From the NCBI GenBank assembly GCA_964275345.1, contig CAXYBK010000003.1:334797-398796 (forward strand): a stretch of 64,000 bases of DNA, given 5' to 3'. This document shows positions 41,234 to 48,439 of this stretch, one piece after another (the first letter of the stretch is position 1; each line of letters opens with the position of its first letter). The notes below the pieces were generated by a model. That model had not been told where the DNA came from, made no database searches, and was given only the letters and a program-made list of their open reading frames with translations. The stretch comes from an uncultured SAR86 cluster bacterium. Lineage in GTDB: Bacteria; Pseudomonadota; Gammaproteobacteria; Magnimaribacterales; D2472. A program made the position numbers and the translations under genes.

Positions 41234-43341
41234 TGAATACCATTAGAACTAGTCTATTTATTTCTTTATTTATTTCTTTCTTTAGTTCTCAGATAGCATC
41301 TGAAACTATAGAGGAGATTATTATTAAAGGCGATTGGCGCCAAACCTCAGCAGATCAAGAAGATTCAAGTGTTCTTGTACTTGACGAGGAGATAATAAAA
41401 TCTCAACCACTTAAACACTTTGAACAACTTTCCTACTTGGTCCCAAATTTAAATTTTGCTGCTAGTGATTCAAGAGCGCGTTATTTCCAAATCAGAGGCA
41501 TCGGCGAAAGATCTGGATATCAAGGAACTCCTAATTCTTCAGTAGGATTTTTGATAGATGATATTGATTATTCAGGACAGGGGGGAATTGCTACAACTTT
41601 TGATCTCGATCAAATAGAGATTTACAGAGGTCCCCAGGGATCCAGGATTGGAGCAAATGCTTTAGCTGGGTTAATTTATATAAAAACTAAAGATCCAACT
41701 GATAAGTTTGAAGGCACAAGCGAGTTAACAATAGGCTCATATGGAACTAAGAGTACTGGCGTTGCTTTTGGCGGACCACTTAAAGTAAATAATGATCTTT
41801 CTTATAGGCTTGTTTTGAGAAAAGATAAATCTAATGGTTATAGAAAAAATTTATACCTCAATAAATCTGATACATCCAGAAAAGACGAGACAACCGCTCG
41901 TTTAAAAATTAAATGGAAATTTGATGATAAAACATCAGTTGATTTTTTGGTTATGCAGGTCGACATGGATGATCCTGCTGATATTTGGACTATAGATGGA
42001 AGTTTAAATACTCTATCTGATAGACCGGGGATGGACTCACAAAAGACTAATGCTTATGGATTAAAAGTATTTCGTGCATTAAATGGTTTTGAAATTCAAA
42101 GTCTTACAAGTTCAACAGATACTGATGTTGTGTTTAGTTATGATGCTGACTGGGGCAATCCAGATTCTCATTCACCCTATATTTATGACTATTTTTCTGA
42201 GACATTAAGAGACAGAAGCTCATTTAGTCAAGAATTTAGGCTAATTTCGGATAAATCAGACTTTTTATCAAATAATCTTATGGAATGGGTAGTTGGAATG
42301 AACTATTTAGAGCTTAAAGAGACAAATTTAAAATATGATGATGGTATTTATGGTGACCCTGCAGACCCATATGGTCCTTATGCTAGCGAATCTTCTTCTT
42401 CAAGTTCATATAAATCAGAAAACTTATCATTTTTTGGGAATATAGATTATCTTCTTTCAGAATCAACAAGGATATCTTTAGGTTTAAGAATGGAGGATTG
42501 GAAATCAAAATACTCAGATTCTTTTGGAGAATCATTTAATCCTTCGAATGATATGTCTGGAGGTAAAATATCTTTGATAAAAAATATAGAAAGTGGATCT
42601 AATATTTTTATTAGTATTGCTAAAGGATATAAGCAAGGTGGATTTAATCTTGGTTTAGGCTTAGGTGGAGATGTCTCAAATAAAGATCTTACCTATGATC
42701 CAGAATTTCTCACTAATTATGAAATAGGCATCAACTCTAAACTTAAGGATTCTAAATTAAATATTGAAACTGTAATATTTTATTCTGATCGAGAAGATCA
42801 ACAAGTTTTGATTTCTACTCAAGTGGATCCAACAGATCCAAATACTTTTTCATTTCTAACCCAAAATGCTGCAGAGGGAGTTAACTATGGCCTAGAAATA
42901 AATCTTGATATGCAGCTAACAAATGATTTTAATATATTTGCAAATCTAGGAATTCTCAAAACTGAAATTAAAAATTGGGAGTCTCGTCTAGATCTTGAAG
43001 GCCGATCGCAAGCTCATGCTCCAGAGAGAAGTTATGCTTTTGGTTTTAATTGGGCATTGAAATCAAATACTTATTTATCAGCAGATGTGACTGGTAAAAG
43101 TGAATTTTATTATTCAGATTCTCATAATAATAAATCAAAGTCATATAACCTAATGAATATAAATTATGGCTATGAAAAGAATAATTGGACTTATACATTA
43201 TGGGCGAGAAATATCTTTGATACTTACTACTCAGTCAGAGGTTTTTACTTTGGGAATGAAGCTCCAAATTTTGAAGAAACATTATACGAAAGACATGGAG
43301 ATCCAAGACATGTAGGAATATCAGTGAGATATGACTTTTAA
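41233..43341 (+). CDS. TonB-dependent outer-membrane receptor (predicted thiamine/thiamine-precursor uptake)
   Basis: 702 aa with signal peptide, plug domain (IEIYRGPQGSRIGANALAG), a beta-barrel and a terminal aromatic residue (..ISVRYDF). Sits directly behind the TPP riboswitch. Confidence 0.88.
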   Translation: MNTIRTSLFISLFISFFSSQIASETIEEIIIKGDWRQTSADQEDSSVLVLDEEIIKSQPLKHFEQLSYLVPNLNFAASDSRARYFQIRGIGERSGYQGTPNSSVGFLIDDIDYSGQGGIATTFDLDQIEIYRGPQGSRIGANALAGLIYIKTKDPTDKFEGTSELTIGSYGTKSTGVAFGGPLKVNNDLSYRLVLRKDKSNGYRKNLYLNKSDTSRKDETTARLKIKWKFDDKTSVDFLVMQVDMDDPADIWTIDGSLNTLSDRPGMDSQKTNAYGLKVFRALNGFEIQSLTSSTDTDVVFSYDADWGNPDSHSPYIYDYFSETLRDRSSFSQEFRLISDKSDFLSNNLMEWVVGMNYLELKETNLKYDDGIYGDPADPYGPYASESSSSSSYKSENLSFFGNIDYLLSESTRISLGLRMEDWKSKYSDSFGESFNPSNDMSGGKISLIKNIESGSNIFISIAKGYKQGGFNLGLGLGGDVSNKDLTYDPEFLTNYEIGINSKLKDSKLNIETVIFYSDREDQQVLISTQVDPTDPNTFSFLTQNAAEGVNYGLEINLDMQLTNDFNIFANLGILKTEIKNWESRLDLEGRSQAHAPERSYAFGFNWALKSNTYLSADVTGKSEFYYSDSHNNKSKSYNLMNINYGYEKNNWTYTLWARNIFDTYYSVRGFYFGNEAPNFEETLYERHGDPRHVGISVRYDF

Positions 43342-43918
43342 CCTTATTAATCCAATCTTAATGGAGATAACTGCAGTAGTATTTGCAATTATTTATCTAT
43401 TATTAGCTGTAAAACAAGATGTAAGATGCTGGTATGCGGCAATTTTTAGTTCATTCCTATATTTTTTTATAATGATGTCAGCAAATTTATATATGGAAGC
43501 ATATTTACAGATTTTCTATATCATTATGGCAATATATGGATGGTTCCAGTGGAATAAAATTAGTGAAAATAAATCTAAATTTATTGTTAGAACATGGAGT
43601 ATTAAACAACATCTAATTGTTATTTCTTCAGTAATTTCTTTAGCTTATATTTCAGGCAGTTTACTAAATATTTATACCGAAGCAGCTTTACCATTTATAG
43701 ATGCGCTTACAACGTGGGGAGCAATCATTGCTACTTACATGGTTGCAAAAAAATTACTAGAGAATTGGATATATTGGTTTGTAATAGATTCAATATCAGT
43801 ATTATTATTTATGTCACGTGGATTATATTTAACTTCAGTATTATTTTTTGTATACCTGATAATTATTTATTTTGGTTATAAGTCATGGACAAAAATAAAA
43901 CATGAAATGAATGATTAA
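43331..43918 (+). CDS. PnuC-family transporter (PnuT-like, predicted thiamine permease)
   Basis: 195 aa with about 7 TM helices and the PnuC hallmark W..Y..I.......Y...Q..Y..M..YGW..W region. Overlaps the receptor gene by 11 nt. Confidence 0.75.
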   Translation: MTFNLINPILMEITAVVFAIIYLLLAVKQDVRCWYAAIFSSFLYFFIMMSANLYMEAYLQIFYIIMAIYGWFQWNKISENKSKFIVRTWSIKQHLIVISSVISLAYISGSLLNIYTEAALPFIDALTTWGAIIATYMVAKKLLENWIYWFVIDSISVLLFMSRGLYLTSVLFFVYLIIIYFGYKSWTKIKHEMND

Positions 43919-44732
43919 TTTACAAAATAAAATTAATAAAATTTCTGGTAATTTTAAATTAGAAAATGAAATAAAGTCAGGACCAATATCAAAAATATTT
44001 TCTTGTGAGTTTAATAATATTAAATCAATTGTTAGATTTGATTTACCTCTTGCCTCTAAATTAAAGTTAAATCGTATGAAAGAAATTATGATTCTCAATG
44101 AGATAAGTTTCTTAAATCAATCTCCAAAAATATTGTTTGATAATATTAGTGAAGGTATTTTAATTTGGGAATATATTTCAGGAGCACAGTTAAATATTTC
44201 TAAAAACGACGAACCATTATTAACAGACTTAAGTAGATCATTAAAAAAAATACATCAAATAAAATTATCAAAAAGCTTAGTTACAAATTTTAATAAATCG
44301 ATTATTTCTTATAAAGCATTACTAATCGATTCACCAAATCAAAAATTAATTAATAAAGGTCTTAAGCTATTTGAAGAAATTTATGATGAAGATGCGCCTC
44401 GTGTTTTCAGTCACAATGACTTAAACAAAACTAACTTATTGCTTGGTAGTAAAATTTATTTCCTAGATTGGGAATATGCAAGTATGAATAGTCCTTATTT
44501 TGATATTGCTTCACTTGCAGCTACTTTTAACTTGGATAACGTAGGAATTAATATTTTATTAGAAGGTTACTCAGATAACTTTATTGCTATTAATCAAGAA
44601 AAACTTAAAAAATGGATCAGTTTTACTTATTATTTAGATTACCTGTGGAGAATGTCTATTGTGAAATTAGATGATTCATACAACAAAACCATGAAATTAG
44701 ATGAATTTGAAAGTTTTTTGCTAAATTTATAG
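43911..44732 (+). CDS. choline/aminoglycoside-kinase-fold phosphotransferase (ThiK-like, predicted thiamine kinase)
   Basis: 273 aa with the catalytic loop SHNDLNKTNLL and the metal-binding FLDWEYA motif of the APH/ChoK fold. Overlaps the pnuC-like gene by 8 nt. Confidence 0.7.
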   Translation: MINLQNKINKISGNFKLENEIKSGPISKIFSCEFNNIKSIVRFDLPLASKLKLNRMKEIMILNEISFLNQSPKILFDNISEGILIWEYISGAQLNISKNDEPLLTDLSRSLKKIHQIKLSKSLVTNFNKSIISYKALLIDSPNQKLINKGLKLFEEIYDEDAPRVFSHNDLNKTNLLLGSKIYFLDWEYASMNSPYFDIASLAATFNLDNVGINILLEGYSDNFIAINQEKLKKWISFTYYLDYLWRMSIVKLDDSYNKTMKLDEFESFLLNL

Positions 44733-44739
44733 GCTTTAA

Positions 44740-45204
44740 CTAGTTCAATAAGAAAAATACAATCATTACACCTATTACAAGCAATATAAGCAAATTATTG
44801 TCAAAAGCATCAATTAAGCTATCTTTTGTAGGTAACCTTAAAGACTTTATATAGTCCATATCTAAGTATTCTTCTAAAAATCCATCTTTTCTTGTCTTTT
44901 TAATACTATTTTCGGCATTCTCATTATTTACACCTGATATTGACTCATTTGACATTATATTATCCTCTAAATTATTGTTTTCTTCATAACCATTATTTGT
45001 ACTCATAGCTTCAATTGAGACTAATTCTGCTAAGATTTTATCTCTTTTTTCTCTGGCGACTATAATATCAGAAGTTTCTAGAGATTTCTTTATAAATTCT
45101 TTACCAATTATTTCTGAAACTTTTTTAGAAACTCTCTTTTGAATAAAATATATATCTCTATTTTTTCCCCGTAAAACCAGGTATTTATCATGATTTGTAC
45201 TCAT
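44740..45204 (-). CDS. hypothetical tail-anchored protein with integrase-arm-like (DUF6538-like) N-terminal module
   Basis: 154 aa. The N-terminus 'YLVLRGKNRDIYFIQKRVSKKVSEIIGKEFIKKSLETSD' resembles the G.YYFR.RVP..L....GK.EI..SL.T.D N-terminal module of some tyrosine recombinases. An Asn/Glu-rich linker and a single C-terminal TM follow. There is no recombinase catalytic domain. Confidence 0.45.
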   Translation of the reverse strand: MSTNHDKYLVLRGKNRDIYFIQKRVSKKVSEIIGKEFIKKSLETSDIIVAREKRDKILAELVSIEAMSTNNGYEENNNLEDNIMSNESISGVNNENAENSIKKTRKDGFLEEYLDMDYIKSLRLPTKDSLIDAFDNNLLILLVIGVMIVFFLLN

Positions 45205-45300
45205 AATGTACTCAAATAATATTTAATTGTACTCATAATATGCCATATTATTTTTATCTAATCAACTATATGTACTCATATTGTATTATTTGTACCCATA
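45196..45300. repeat. five direct copies of TGTAC(T/C)CA(T/A)A in the divergent intergenic region
   Basis: Copies start at 45196, 45207, 45228, 45271 and 45291, giving spacings of 11/21/43/20 bp. The first copy contains the ORF start codon (ATGAGTACA on the minus strand). A sixth copy lies inside the ORF at 44998-45007. Confidence 0.85.
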
Positions 45301-45369
45301 TTATCTTTAATTTTTTATTTTACTGCCTATATTTTCTTCTATGAGTTGTGTAATAATAATATTTAGATC

Positions 45370-45588
45370 ATGAATACAATTATTACATCACTTATAAATC
45401 ATATAAAAGCTTGGAATATGGTCTGGTTTGGGCTTATTTTCTGGGGTAGTGTCTTAAATGCATTTGCAGGAGAGCTTGGCTTGCTTACTAACAATCCTGA
45501 TTTATCTTATCTTTTCTTTTTATTAGGTCTTATTCTTGGTCTTACAGCTAAGTTTAGAGGAACATGGTTATGGATCCCAGCCAAGTAG
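45370..45588 (+). CDS. small hydrophobic protein (2 predicted TM)
   Basis: 72-aa ORF overlapping the desaturase-family gene by 25 nt. No family recognised. Confidence 0.35.
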   Translation: MNTIITSLINHIKAWNMVWFGLIFWGSVLNAFAGELGLLTNNPDLSYLFFLLGLILGLTAKFRGTWLWIPAK

Positions 45589-46454
45589 ACATCTATTCCT
45601 TTGCAAATGAAAAAGAAATTGCTAGATCTTTTTCAAAAAGATTCCAATGGGAAATGGTTTTAATTGGTTTAGGTCAAGCCACTGTCTTTTTATCTTTATG
45701 GCCACTTGTTATCTTAAATATTATTCCTTTATGGATAGCTGCTCCTATTTCTTGTCTTTGCGCCTTGTTTGCCTACTTACCTTCTCACGAAGCTCAACAT
45801 GGTAACTACTCAAGAGGTAACGCAGATAAAAGATGGATTGACTCTCTTGTAAGTCATATTACTTTAATTCCATTAATGTTCCCTCATCACATTATGAGAG
45901 CTACTCACATGAAACATCATGCATATACTAACGATCCTCATAAAGATGTTGATTATGATACTGCCTCATCAAATTCGCTTTTAGAAGTTTTTTTGCGTTC
46001 GAATGAATCTACTGCTAAATACGATAAATATCTCGAAGTATTTAAGGATGATAAAAACTTTGTAAAATCTTTTGAAAAAGGAGGATTAGTTGGTTTAGCT
46101 TACAGAGCAACTTTGATGACCTTAGTTATATTTTTTCCTCTTGAGGCTCTTTTCCTATGGTGGCTCCCAAGCAAAGTTGGAGTAATGTATTTGTCTACTT
46201 TCTTCTCTTGGTATCCTCATTATCAAATGGAAACAGGTCGCTATAAAGATACTAGATTTTGGCATCATTTATTACCACGGTATATAAATCACTCAATGCA
46301 ATTACATTTTGTACATCATCTTCATCCTGGTATAGGTCATTTTGATGAGCCTAAAGCAATTGAAGCCTTAAAGCCTTTTTTAATAGAAAAGGGAGTTCCA
46401 GGAGCTGATCAGATCCCTGATCGAGTATCATATAATCCATTAATTAAATTTTAA
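45564..46454 (+). CDS. membrane fatty-acid-desaturase-family di-iron enzyme
   Basis: 296 aa with three His boxes in the canonical order: HEAQHG, HMKHH, HFVHHLH. TM pairs flank box 1. Confidence 0.75.
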   Translation: MVMDPSQVDIYSFANEKEIARSFSKRFQWEMVLIGLGQATVFLSLWPLVILNIIPLWIAAPISCLCALFAYLPSHEAQHGNYSRGNADKRWIDSLVSHITLIPLMFPHHIMRATHMKHHAYTNDPHKDVDYDTASSNSLLEVFLRSNESTAKYDKYLEVFKDDKNFVKSFEKGGLVGLAYRATLMTLVIFFPLEALFLWWLPSKVGVMYLSTFFSWYPHYQMETGRYKDTRFWHHLLPRYINHSMQLHFVHHLHPGIGHFDEPKAIEALKPFLIEKGVPGADQIPDRVSYNPLIKF

Positions 46455-46458
46455 AAGT

Positions 46459-47112
46459 ATGAAAGTATCTGAAGCAGTAGAATCAAGACAGTCTATTAGA
46501 GAGTATTTAGAAAAGCCTGTCGACAATCAACTTATAAGGGAGATCTTAGAAAAATCTGCAAGAGCAGCCAATGGGGGCAATCTTCAGCCTTGGAAAATTT
46601 TTGTTATAAATAAAGAGAGTATGGCAGATTTTTTAAAACAACAATCTGAATGGGCCGAACCTGAAACCCCAGCATATGATATTTACCCACCTAAACTAAA
46701 GGAACCCTATAGATCATCTAGATATGAACTAGGAGAGCAGATGTATTCCTTGCTTGGCATAGATCGTGATGATAAAGAAGGACGTTTTATGCAGGTCCTT
46801 AAAAACTTTGAATTCTTTGGTGCTCCTGCTGCAATCTTTTGCTTTGTTGATAAACAAATGGGGCCGCCACAATGGTCAGACTTAGGCATGTTCTTACAAA
46901 CATTTATGTTGTTAGCTCAAGAGTCAGGACTTGATACATGCGCTCAGGAAGCATGGTCGATGAAACAAGAAAGTGTAAGTGACTTTTTTAAAGTAGATAA
47001 TGAGACTATGGTTTTTTGTGGCATGGCTATAGGTTACAAAGATCCAGAAGCAACAATCAATAAACTCAGAAGTGAGCGGCGCCCTATAGATGAATGGGCT
47101 ATTTTTGTATAA
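46459..47112 (+). CDS. nitroreductase-family flavoprotein
   Basis: 217 aa. The start 'RQSIREY..PV', the 'AANGGNLQPW' motif and the C-terminal 'GMAIGY' are typical of the NfsA/NfnB-like fold. Confidence 0.8.
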   Translation: MKVSEAVESRQSIREYLEKPVDNQLIREILEKSARAANGGNLQPWKIFVINKESMADFLKQQSEWAEPETPAYDIYPPKLKEPYRSSRYELGEQMYSLLGIDRDDKEGRFMQVLKNFEFFGAPAAIFCFVDKQMGPPQWSDLGMFLQTFMLLAQESGLDTCAQEAWSMKQESVSDFFKVDNETMVFCGMAIGYKDPEATINKLRSERRPIDEWAIFV

Positions 47113-47142
47113 ATCAATTTTTAATCCATATTAATTTTGAGC

Positions 47143-47174
47143 AAAAAAAACCCGGTATAAAACCGGGTTTTAAT
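47143..47174. terminator. bidirectional intrinsic terminator between the nitroreductase and proteorhodopsin genes
   Basis: A8-CCCGGT-ATAAA-ACCGGG-TTTT. The GC stem is flanked by an A run on one side and a T run on the other, and the two genes converge here. Confidence 0.8.
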
Positions 47175-47189
47175 TTTAGCTTTTGCTAA

Positions 47190-47942
47190 TTATGCTGATG
47201 CAGATTCTTTAACTGCAACATTCCAGATAACTAAACCAAATAGAATCTTGTTAACAAAGTCAGCAAGATTATAAACAATGTTTAAGTTAGCAGCATATAC
47301 GCCTTCGCCACCCATTAGGTAACCAGCAGCATATCCAGCAGGATATATAGCCCAACCTACGATAATGATCCACATCATAGTGTTGTAAGCAGACATAACA
47401 GCAGGACTTGCTTGATTAACAGCATTTTTTCCTTCTCCAGCCCATAGCTCATAAATCATGTACAACCATGCAGCTACACCAACGATAAACGCAGGTAATA
47501 CAGCCATGATTCCAGCTTCACCCATGTATCCAAATAAAAGCATTACTAGCGAACCGCCAAGTAATTTTTTGAATAATGAAGCAGCAACATTTGTACATGC
47601 AGCAAGGATTAAGTAGAACTCAACCATTAGTAATGGAACAGTTAGCAACCAATCAATATATCTAAATACTGTTGGCGTTTCACCAGTTTCAATCCATACA
47701 CCTCTCATGTATAAGTAGTGCCAAAAAGCAATACCAGTAACAAGACCAGATACAGTTAACGATGTTTTCCACTTTGAGCTTACGTTATCTCTTTCAACAA
47801 AGAAGAAGACAGTTGCTGCTAATAAAGCCGCAGTAACTAGCCAAAATGAAACACCAGTAAGGTCACTAGCTTGAAGATCACCGCCGCTAGCAGCGAATGA
47901 TGGAAGTGCAATAGCACTAGTCAATAATAATAACAATTTCAT
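47190..47942 (-). CDS. proteorhodopsin (green-absorbing type, Leu at the position-105 tuning site)
   Basis: 250 aa with signal peptide and 7 TM helices. Helix C RYIDWLLTVPLLMVEFYL carries the D97 acceptor, L105 and the E108 donor. The retinal Lys is in NLADFVNKILFGL. Near-collinear with the SAR86 EBAC31A08 sequence as I recall it. Confidence 0.97.
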   Translation of the reverse strand: MKLLLLLTSAIALPSFAASGGDLQASDLTGVSFWLVTAALLAATVFFFVERDNVSSKWKTSLTVSGLVTGIAFWHYLYMRGVWIETGETPTVFRYIDWLLTVPLLMVEFYLILAACTNVAASLFKKLLGGSLVMLLFGYMGEAGIMAVLPAFIVGVAAWLYMIYELWAGEGKNAVNQASPAVMSAYNTMMWIIIVGWAIYPAGYAAGYLMGGEGVYAANLNIVYNLADFVNKILFGLVIWNVAVKESASA

Positions 47943-47994
47943 ATACTACCCCCAGTAGTTCAATAAGAAATAACATAATTTCTTAAATATTAGA

Positions 47995-48009
47995 TGAGAA
48001 TGATTCTCA
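47995..48009. promoter_or_regulatory. perfect Fur-box-like 7-1-7 palindrome TGAGAAT-G-ATTCTCA in the proteorhodopsin upstream region
   Basis: 12/14 match to TGATAAT-N-ATTATCA and fully self-complementary. It lies 53-67 nt upstream of the PR ATG, just upstream of a TAATAT -10 candidate. It differs from the site at 3944-3958 by one base. Confidence 0.45.
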
Positions 48010-48169
48010 CCGTAGCTAAGTATAGTAAATCTAATCAATAAACTAAAGTTTTAATGAGATAAAGTATATTTAGCTTATATATAAATTTTATATATATATG
48101 ATATTTACTAGATGCTCTCTGAAATTGTTTTTGTTATATTGTCATGAAACTCATTTGATTAAATAGGAA

Positions 48170-48439
48170 ATGCAATCTAAAAAAGATTCTTACTGGAATG
48201 AAAATATAAGGATATTAATCTTCTTGTTATCAATATGGTTCTTAGTTTCATTTGGATTTGGAATATTGTTATCTGACTGGCTTGATCAATTTCAAATCGG
48301 CGGTTTTAAGCTTGGATTTTGGTTTGCTCAACAAGGCAGTATTTATGTCTTCATAATTTTAATCTTCATTTATATTCATTTGATGAATAAATTAGATAAA
48401 AAATATTTTGGAGAAGAAAACTCTGAGGATAATCAATAG
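48170..48439 (+). CDS. DUF4212-type small membrane subunit of a sodium:solute symporter
   Basis: 89 aa with 2 TM helices. Its stop overlaps the GTG start of the large SSS gene, which is the typical VC_2705-type pair. Confidence 0.7.
   Translation: MQSKKDSYWNENIRILIFLLSIWFLVSFGFGILLSDWLDQFQIGGFKLGFWFAQQGSIYVFIILIFIYIHLMNKLDKKYFGEENSEDNQ

Noticed and set aside
45370-46454. Small ORF 45370..45588 and the desaturase-family ORF as one frameshifted gene
   Set aside because: The desaturase frame has a stop at 45555-45557 just before its ATG. The 296-aa protein already has the complete N-terminus/TM-pair/His-box layout, so no frameshift is needed.
45564-46454. Desaturase-family protein as the retinal-forming Blh (beta-carotene 15,15'-dioxygenase) for the neighbouring proteorhodopsin
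   Set aside because: Its HxxxH/HxxHH/HxxHH boxes are those of the fatty-acid-desaturase superfamily. The sequence does not resemble Brp/Blh proteins as I remember them.
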